From: Candidatus Daviesbacteria bacterium
GTDB lineage: Bacteria > Patescibacteriota > Microgenomatia > Daviesbacterales > UBA10151
Direction of reading: 5' to 3'
DNA length: 64,000 bases
NCBI GenBank assembly: GCA_028715175.1
Contig: JAQUSJ010000001.1
Coordinates: forward strand, 404,550-468,549
This document shows positions 57,349 to 64,000 of this stretch, in pieces. Made by a program: the position numbers and the translations under genes. A model generated the notes under the pieces. It saw nothing but the letters and a program-made list of their open reading frames with translations, was not told where the DNA came from and made no database searches. The number at the start of each line of letters is the position of its first letter. Positions within the stretch are counted from its first letter, which is position 1.

Positions 57349-58982
57349 CATTTATTGGTTTCCAGGAGCTCTTGTTTTAGTATTTGATTGTCTGGGTCAA
57401 TGTTTAGAAGTTGTTTAAAAATTTCCCTTGCTTTGTCTTTATCCCCCATGTTCAAATAAATAATTCCGATAGCATTCTGCAACGAGAGGTTTTTTGGATT
57501 TATTTGGGCGGCCTTTTGAAAATTCAAAAGGGCAAGATCGTATTTTTTTTGCTCAAAATATACTGCTCCGATATTTTGATAAGATTGCCATAAATTAGGA
57601 TTATATTTAAGGGCATTTTGATAATTTTCCAGGGCTTTTTCCGGTTCATTCAGCTCTTTATAGGTATTTGCTAAATTGTGATAAGCGTCGCCATAGTCAG
57701 GTTTTAGCGCAATTGCTTTTTGGAATTCCTGCAAAGCTGTAAACTTATCGCCTCTTCTTCCGTAAACGTCACCTAAATTATTGTGCGCATTAGGGGAAGA
57801 TGGTGAAGTTTTTCCGGTTGCTATCCAAAGATTATCCTCAGACCTCCAGTCTATATTTCTGACAATAGTCCTTGAAGTAAATAAAATAATTGTTATAGCA
57901 AATAGAATATATCCGGTTTGCCTGAATTTTGCAGAACTTACTAGTTTATCAAACCAGAGTCCTGCCAAGGCCAAAATTCCAACAATAGGAAGGTATAAAT
58001 ACCTTTCGGCAACAACCCAGTTTAACCTGAGGGGGGTTAAAGTCGGGGATAGGGCAATCAGGAAAAATGATAACCAAAAAAAGATGAATTTATTTTTCTT
58101 AAAGCTAATTAAGGTCCCAGCTAACAAGGCAATAGTGATTAGTAATCTGATGATAAACTGGATTTGGCTGAAAGCCAGTTCAGAATGGTAAAGCGTCAGC
58201 GTTTTGGGAAAAAAGATCATCTCAAGATATGAAGTTACGGCAATAGTGACAATTGCGATGGGATTATCAATCCCTCTTTGCTGATAATGTACGGATCTTA
58301 AAGTAGTTTCCCGTTCCGGTAAGGCATTTAAAGTAATCAATGCAAAAAATAGCGAGATAAAAAGGTAGGGGAGCATTTTAGGCCAATTTTTTTTAAGTCC
58401 GCCGGCCGCCGAACCAAACGTGACTTCAAAGAGGGGAAATATTAAAAAAAGCGCTAAAGGCATTTGCGGGTGCGACATGAGAGAAAAAAGGTAAGTTGCT
58501 ACAGAGAGCCAATACAGGAAAACTCTCTTTTTTGAAAGCAGATATAGAACAAAAGAGAGCAAAAAGAAGAATGCATATTGTGTATACATACCTCCGGAGA
58601 TCCAAACTACGGCTTCGGAAATTGCCGGATGGACAGCAAACAAACTGGCTACGAAAAAGCCTAAACGTTTGGAATAAAGAAGATTAAACAAGGCATAAAT
58701 TAGAAAAACCGAGCCAAGGTGAAAAAAGATACTGGATAACCTAAAAAGGGCCGGATTAAGTCCTCCAATTTGAAAAATAAGCCAGTATAGAAATGGTCTT
58801 ATGAAGCCAAACGCGCGATTAAAGATATTACTGAAGCTACCGATGTTGGGATTCTGGACGATTTCAGTAAGATCGTCTGATAAAAAAGCATTGTTTAGTG
58901 AATTGCCATATGCAACCAAGACCAGTATTAACAGGAAAAGCAAACTAAACCGGTGTTTTCCGATTGCTTGGGCAAAGATCAT
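57348..58982 (-). CDS. TMTC-like GT-C membrane protein with C-terminal TPR repeats
   Basis: NAFLSDD, RP, FAVHP..SEAV.WI, AERYLYLP, RN.DW....LW, about four TPRs; start ATG 58982. Confidence 0.82.
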   Translation of the reverse strand: MIFAQAIGKHRFSLLFLLILVLVAYGNSLNNAFLSDDLTEIVQNPNIGSFSNIFNRAFGFIRPFLYWLIFQIGGLNPALFRLSSIFFHLGSVFLIYALFNLLYSKRLGFFVASLFAVHPAISEAVVWISGGMYTQYAFFFLLSFVLYLLSKKRVFLYWLSVATYLFSLMSHPQMPLALFLIFPLFEVTFGSAAGGLKKNWPKMLPYLFISLFFALITLNALPERETTLRSVHYQQRGIDNPIAIVTIAVTSYLEMIFFPKTLTLYHSELAFSQIQFIIRLLITIALLAGTLISFKKNKFIFFWLSFFLIALSPTLTPLRLNWVVAERYLYLPIVGILALAGLWFDKLVSSAKFRQTGYILFAITIILFTSRTIVRNIDWRSEDNLWIATGKTSPSSPNAHNNLGDVYGRRGDKFTALQEFQKAIALKPDYGDAYHNLANTYKELNEPEKALENYQNALKYNPNLWQSYQNIGAVYFEQKKYDLALLNFQKAAQINPKNLSLQNAIGIIYLNMGDKDKAREIFKQLLNIDPDNQILKQELLETNK

Positions 58983-58999
58983 TGTTAAAGTATACAAGA

Positions 59000-59602
59000 T
59001 TATCTGGGGATAGTTAAGATAGTCCCGGGTTCAATCAAATCCGGATTTTGGATGTTATTTGCTTTGGCAATTTTATCAAAGGCGTATATATCCCCATAAG
59101 CGCGACCGGCTATTTTGGAAAGCCAGTCGTTCTCCACAACTGTGTATGTGTCGCCATCAATCTTTGGTCCCCAAATAGTCATATTTCCTCCACCTGTACC
59201 TAAGGTTTCTGTTGAGGTCTCTGTTTGGGCTTGTTGAACTTCCAATTTTGGAATTTCAAGTACTTGTCCTGTTTCGACTTGGTCGGGATTTGTTAAATTA
59301 TTTGCCTGGGCAATCTCCGTATATTTATAGCCGTCTTGATAGTATTTATCCGCGATCATGAATAAGGTATCACCATCTTTGACAGTATATTTACCAGGAA
59401 GTTTGTTTGGTGAAACATCTGTTTCTGCTTGCGTTTGTTGAGCAGGACCTAAACTGGATTTGCTTTGATTGAGGTAATTAAAGATTAAAATTCCAATGAC
59501 TAAAATAATTAACACGCCTAAAACTAAACTAACTCTGGATTGATTAGATTGAATTTCTTTTTCAAGTTTCTCTAAATAATTACTGGAAGTTTTTTTAGCC
59601 AT
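59000..59602 (-). CDS. Membrane-anchored double-LysM protein
   Basis: TM; YTVKDGDTL..IA and YTVVENDWLSKIA..N.I.NPDLIEPG. Confidence 0.9.
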   Translation of the reverse strand: MAKKTSSNYLEKLEKEIQSNQSRVSLVLGVLIILVIGILIFNYLNQSKSSLGPAQQTQAETDVSPNKLPGKYTVKDGDTLFMIADKYYQDGYKYTEIAQANNLTNPDQVETGQVLEIPKLEVQQAQTETSTETLGTGGGNMTIWGPKIDGDTYTVVENDWLSKIAGRAYGDIYAFDKIAKANNIQNPDLIEPGTILTIPR

Positions 59603-59616
59603 TTTTTTTGGGGCAG

Positions 59617-59632
59617 TCCGCCAGCTGGCGGA
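59617..59632. repeat. 16-bp perfect palindrome TCCGCCAGCTGGCGGA
   Basis: Covariant copy TCCGTCAGCTGACGGA at 19430-19445. Confidence 0.7.
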
Positions 59633-59721
59633 TGAGGACAGTTATTAACTTTTACTTTTTATTCCAAATTAGCTTATTTGTCAAGAGGGTAAATATTTTG
59701 TTACAATATCCAACGTATCTT

Positions 59722-59795
59722 GGGGCCGTAGCTCAGTTGGTTAGAGCGTCTGGTTGTCAACCAGAAGGTCGCGGGTTCAAGTCCCGTCGGCCCCG
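59722..59795 (+). tRNA. tRNA-Asp(GTC), CCA not encoded
   Basis: Acceptor GGGGCCG/CGGCCCC, anticodon GTC at 59756-59758, T-loop TTCAAGT. Confidence 0.95.
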
Positions 59796-59895
59796 CATTT
59801 TTTGTACGAAGATCCAATTTTGGAACACCTTTTTGAAGCTACATCATTCTCCTGAGGTTGACTTTTAGCCTATAAGGCTATATTATTCCTAATAT

Positions 59896-60840
59896 ATGTT
59901 ATTAAAAGAAGCAAGCGAAGTGATGCCTGATCTAGACAGGATAGCTATCATAGAACAAGCTAAACCCTTTGATCCTCTTACCCGTTTGGCAGAATTTACA
60001 AGCAGGTTTCCAGTTGCCATAGAAATTCTAAGGGTAGGCGGTGTTCATCCTACCGAAGATGCAAAAATGGACAATCCTTACACTGGTAAACCCCATGATG
60101 AATCCTTTACTAATATTGGTGAACATTGTTTAGCAGTCGCCTCCCTTGCCAGTACATTAGCTTTTAGACTACACGAAAGAGGAGCTTTATCAGTAGCAGA
60201 AGCAGAGTTAGTTACCAGCAGAGCTTTAATTCATGATGCCAATAAAAGGATTGAGATTATGCGTAGAAATGCGGTTAGAGAAGGAGTTGTTGAAGAGGCT
60301 TATACACCCAAAGCTTATGAAACTATTAAACCCATTTTAGAAGCTAGAGGAGTGGATCCAGAACTTGTTAATTATATGGTTGATGCAGGAAAAGAAACTG
60401 GGCATTTAAGCATCCGGGATTTTCTGATGCTTGTAGATGGAGCACCTACTTTAGTACCAAACAGAATGGCTGAAAGGATTATTCATTTAGCAGACGATAT
60501 GACTTCAACAAGTATTCCTAACCCTGGCGAGAGGCCTCTAACTGTTTATTTAACAACTTGGGAAAGAATGGTTGCCTCAGAATTTCCCAATAGATACCCA
60601 TTCCTATGGAAAGAAGGGTTAGCATTTGATAAGGATGGAGGAGTTACAGTTGTACAGGACATTGAATCAGCTGACCGCAGTCTGAGATGGATTGGAAACT
60701 ATGCCTATTGGCAACCATCTGTATCGAATGAAATTTGCGGAGGAATTCAGTCAATGATTGATCCTGGAAACAAACAAAGACCTGAATATTTTGTCAAGGA
60801 TTTAGTTAATAATGCGTTAGTTCCTGCAACTAATACCTAA
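59896..60840 (+). CDS. HD-superfamily metal-dependent phosphohydrolase-like protein
   Basis: EHCLAVA...ALIHDANK...H...HLADD. Confidence 0.7.
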   Translation: MLLKEASEVMPDLDRIAIIEQAKPFDPLTRLAEFTSRFPVAIEILRVGGVHPTEDAKMDNPYTGKPHDESFTNIGEHCLAVASLASTLAFRLHERGALSVAEAELVTSRALIHDANKRIEIMRRNAVREGVVEEAYTPKAYETIKPILEARGVDPELVNYMVDAGKETGHLSIRDFLMLVDGAPTLVPNRMAERIIHLADDMTSTSIPNPGERPLTVYLTTWERMVASEFPNRYPFLWKEGLAFDKDGGVTVVQDIESADRSLRWIGNYAYWQPSVSNEICGGIQSMIDPGNKQRPEYFVKDLVNNALVPATNT

Positions 60841-61072
60841 CTGTTGTAAAGTCTTATATTGGTATATTAAACTTCTGTATAGGTGTTCAAGATTTTTACT
60901 CTTGAACTCGCATAGGCACGAAATATTAGGAATCTACCGAAATCTTTCGAAAATCGAGGCTAAAAGTGTTCCAATTAACTCAAATAGTAGAAGCCTATAG
61001 TTGCCTTTACTTCTCTACAGCCATAACTAACAACTCTTGGCTATTACGATTAGAGCGCATATAATAAAGCCT

Positions 61073-61954
61073 ATGTTAAAAGGTGGACCAGAAATAGAAA
61101 AAGGAGCATCAATAACCGTTGAGACTGTACTACAAAGTATTGAACAAACAGAAAGCTGGTGGGGGCAATTACAAGCTTTGATGCAACAAGGTAAGCCAGT
61201 AAAAGGTTTTATCTCAGATGTTATAGAAGTTTGGAGTCAACTGGAAATAGCTGCTCAAAATCTCCAATCTCAACTTCCTCAAAATCCAGCAGAAGCAGCA
61301 AAAATAAAAGCATTATGGATTATTTCAGCTCCTGGTACTTATTTTCAAGCTTCTAAACAAGATCGCTACGTCAGTAAACCTTGGTCTCGTTGGATGGATA
61401 GGCAAAGAATAAACTATGCTCTGCAAATTGGTAGAAAACTTGCTGAAATGAAATTAGGACATCCGATTAGCAATAATTGGGCAGATGCAGAAAGGGAATT
61501 GACTGAGCAAGGTCCTCTGGTAGTATATAATGGCACGCCTGCAGAAAATGCAGCTGTTTTGGAAGCAAAGAAAGCACCTTGGTTTCGTATCCCTGAAGCT
61601 AATATTTATCCAGGCAACAAAATACTTGTTATTAGCCCAATAGCAGATATTGATAACACTGTTGACCAAATAAAAAGTTTTCACTTACCACCAGTGTTTG
61701 ATATTAATTTAAGAGATGAAATTGGAGTAGTTTTACATGCTCCCCAAGCAGTAAGGTTTCTGTATATGCTAGCTAATTTCCAAGAGACGGTTCCAGAAGG
61801 AGCTAATATGCGGGTATTTGCTTTACCTACCCCAGAAGGTGGATTTCCGGAATATCCAATGCAAGAGTTAAGGGGTACAACTTATTACCGTTTTATTGCA
61901 AATCCTCCAATAGCTGCTGAATCTCCTTATCCATTTAAAAATCTATCCAGCTGA
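61073..61954 (+). CDS. Hypothetical protein, possibly DUF218 (YdcF/SanA/ElyC)-like
   Basis: Motif order IISAPG / RI..A / YNG...EN / NTVDQ / H...AVR recalls DUF218; start ATG 61073 follows TTGGCT-17-TATAAT. Confidence 0.45.
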   Translation: MLKGGPEIEKGASITVETVLQSIEQTESWWGQLQALMQQGKPVKGFISDVIEVWSQLEIAAQNLQSQLPQNPAEAAKIKALWIISAPGTYFQASKQDRYVSKPWSRWMDRQRINYALQIGRKLAEMKLGHPISNNWADAERELTEQGPLVVYNGTPAENAAVLEAKKAPWFRIPEANIYPGNKILVISPIADIDNTVDQIKSFHLPPVFDINLRDEIGVVLHAPQAVRFLYMLANFQETVPEGANMRVFALPTPEGGFPEYPMQELRGTTYYRFIANPPIAAESPYPFKNLSS

Positions 61955-62008
61955 GCCCACTACGTTCATGTGAACTAAACGTGGTTCGCCAAGTGGTATA
62001 CTATTTTT

Positions 62009-63760
62009 GTGGAAATATCTAATCAACGATTGGCTAAAATCCTCCGCAATGTATCAGCTGCATACACTCTTAAAAAAATCGGTAATATTTTTCAAATTCG
62101 CGCTTATGAAAATGCCGCTGATGCAATAGAGCATTCAACTGCAGAAATTCAGGATCTTTGGCAGGAAGGTAAACTCTCAGAAATTCCAACATTGGGAGAA
62201 AAACTCCAGGATTATTTGGATGAATTGTTTACAAAAGGGAAAGTTAAGCATTTTGAGCAGGTCGAGAAAGGTATCCCTGCTGTAGTGTTTGACTTACTTG
62301 ATATCGGCGGAGTGGGGCCAAAAAATGCGGCCAAGTTAGCTGAATTGGGTGTAAAGGATCTGGAGGATTTAAAAAAGAAAATTAAGTCAGGTGAGCTAGT
62401 TAGTAAAGGTTTTTCTGCTAAAATCGCCCAAAATATCATGTCAGGTCTTCTTGACTTAGATCAACAGGAGCACAGGATGCTTTTGCCATATGCTTTTGCG
62501 CAAGCTGACAAGATTTTGAATTATCTAAAAAAGAACCCTGATATATTAGAGGTACACCCCTTAGGTTCCTTGCGGAGAATGGCGGCAACAGTAGGGGATT
62601 TGGACTTTTCAGTCAGCTCGGAAAAAGAAAAAGAAGTGGTGGAATATTTTTGTAAGATGCCGGGAGTTTCCCGGGTGGTTGATAAAGGAGAAAACAAGGC
62701 TACGATAGTTTTGACAAGCGGTATTCAGGTTGACTTATTGGTTGGTAAACCTGAAAGTTATGGAGCCCTTTTGCAGCATTTTACAGGCTCCAAAGCTCAC
62801 AATATTAAGCTGAGGACTCTTGCTCAGCAAAAAGGTTTCTCTTTGTCTGAATATGGAGTCAAAAATGTCACAAGTAACAAGCTGCAAGAGACAAGAACAG
62901 AAGAAGAGTTTTACAAATTGCTGGGAATGCAGACTCCTCCGCCGGAGATAAGGGAAAATAGCGGGGAAATCGAGGCTGCGTTAAAGCATAAATTACCTGA
63001 TTTGGTGACATTTGAAGACATAAAAGGGGATTTGCATGTTCATTCAAACTTCAAAATAGAAAATCCTTCGCACGGAGCCGGTGTCGATTCTATAGAAAAT
63101 ATTATTAAAAGAGCGGAAGAGCTGGGTTATGATTATGTGGGAATTGCAGATCATCCACCTGGTTTTACAGCTGTTAGCAGAGAACAAATAATTAAATGGA
63201 TAAAAAAGAGGACAAAATTTATTCAACAAATCCGTCAGCCGTCAGAGAGTACAAAAAGTGTTCGAGTAATAAATAGTCTCGAAGTAGATATACTTAAAGA
63301 TGGGTCTTTGTCTGTGCCTGACGAAGCTTTGGCTATGCTTGACTTATGTATTGCAGGAATCCATTCAGGTCATAGAGGTTCGAGGGGAGAAATTACTAAG
63401 AGATTGATGAGGGCTTTAGAAAATCCTTATGTAGATATTATTTCTCACCCTACCAACAGACTGCTTAACGAGAGGGAATCATCGGATGCTGACTGGGAAG
63501 AGATTTTCAAAGTTGCTTCCGAAAAAAATAAAATTTTGGAGATTAATGCTTATCCTAACAGGCTGGATTTAAGAGATGATCTGGTGAGGGCGGCTTTAAG
63601 CTTCGGGGTTAAATTCATTATAAATACGGATGCGCACGAAATTTCGCAGATGGATAATATGAGGTTTGGGGTAGCAGTGGCCCGCAGGGGTTGGGCTACA
63701 AAAAAAGATGTAGTTAATACCTGGGACTGGACAGATCTTGCAAGATGGTTTAAACTTTAA
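62009..63760 (+). CDS. polX: DNA polymerase X with PHP domain
   Basis: GVGPK (HhH), GSLRR, GDLD, VDL, HFTGSK.HN; PHP motifs DLHVHS, DH, SHP, NTDAH. Confidence 0.95.
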   Translation: MEISNQRLAKILRNVSAAYTLKKIGNIFQIRAYENAADAIEHSTAEIQDLWQEGKLSEIPTLGEKLQDYLDELFTKGKVKHFEQVEKGIPAVVFDLLDIGGVGPKNAAKLAELGVKDLEDLKKKIKSGELVSKGFSAKIAQNIMSGLLDLDQQEHRMLLPYAFAQADKILNYLKKNPDILEVHPLGSLRRMAATVGDLDFSVSSEKEKEVVEYFCKMPGVSRVVDKGENKATIVLTSGIQVDLLVGKPESYGALLQHFTGSKAHNIKLRTLAQQKGFSLSEYGVKNVTSNKLQETRTEEEFYKLLGMQTPPPEIRENSGEIEAALKHKLPDLVTFEDIKGDLHVHSNFKIENPSHGAGVDSIENIIKRAEELGYDYVGIADHPPGFTAVSREQIIKWIKKRTKFIQQIRQPSESTKSVRVINSLEVDILKDGSLSVPDEALAMLDLCIAGIHSGHRGSRGEITKRLMRALENPYVDIISHPTNRLLNERESSDADWEEIFKVASEKNKILEINAYPNRLDLRDDLVRAALSFGVKFIINTDAHEISQMDNMRFGVAVARRGWATKKDVVNTWDWTDLARWFKL

Positions 63761-63763
63761 TCA

Positions 63764-64000
63764 ATGACAGTTTATATCCTGATCGGAGTGGGAGTTTTAT
63801 TGTTATTCTGGCTATTTGCTACATACAACTCGCTTGTTACTTTGCGTAATCGTGTTCGTGAAGCCTGGTCTCAAATCGACGTGCAACTGAAAAGACGGTC
63901 ATCTTTAATCCCAAACTTAGTCGAAGTTGTGAAGGGTTATGCCAAGCATGAAAAGAGCGTTTTTGAAAATGTTACAAAAGCAAGAAGTGCCCTTTTGGGT
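63764..64000 (+). CDS. lemA: LemA family protein, 3'-partial (not in the ORF track)
   Basis: TM, then [36 protein letters not shown]. Confidence 0.93.
   Translation, partial: MTVYILIGVGVLLLFWLFATYNSLVTLRNRVREAWSQIDVQLKRRSSLIPNLVEVVKGYAKHEKSVFENVTKARSALLG

Noticed and set aside
61962-61977. Possible parS site (GTTCATGTGAAC)
   Set aside because: Only 10 of 16 positions match TGTTTCACGTGAAACA; more likely part of a small hairpin at the islet border
1260-63229. Numerous short (60-210 aa) antisense or alternate-frame ORFs in the track, e.g. 19928-20569, 24690-25211, 8551-9021
   Set aside because: They overlap well-supported genes and carry no motifs; treated as shadow ORFs
62009-63760. Catalytically dead PolX variant
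   Set aside because: GDLD, the third Asp (VDL) and the PHP metal ligands are present; it appears canonical
1-64000. CRISPR array, rRNA, transposase, integrase or prophage genes
   Set aside because: No regularly spaced repeat-spacer array and no recognisable motifs for these genes in the ORF track
1-64000. Alternative genetic code (TGA read as Gly or Trp)
   Set aside because: Conserved genes are full length under code 11, and TGA stops fall at expected ends, often in ATGA overlaps

Overview
AT-rich, tightly packed bacterial chromosome segment using the standard genetic code. Gene content and compactness suggest Patescibacteria/CPR, Microgenomates-like (inference, not verified). From left to right: a ~16 kb surface-glycan cluster, recO-glyQS, a reduced dcw cluster (mraZ to ftsZ, without murC/murD/ddl and with a truncated MurB), ileS-rodA-rplU-rpmA-parB-lepB, tRNA-Val, a 1796-aa M48-peptidase/ABC1-kinase orphan, a trehalose module, a second glycan block, tRNA-Gly/Thr/Asp with small inserted genes, polX and a partial lemA. 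Three signals are missing from the ORF track. (1) An unannotated Ile-rich leader peptide with a complete terminator/antiterminator switch lies upstream of an orphan ORF and ileS. (2) Several families of small palindromic elements, many with GA/GAA internal loops, occur between genes and also in frame inside rsmH, recO, murG and glycosyltransferases. (3) Many genes have a -10 box 6-8 nt before the start codon, suggesting widespread leaderless transcripts. All calls come from reading motifs by eye; no searches or folding programs were run.
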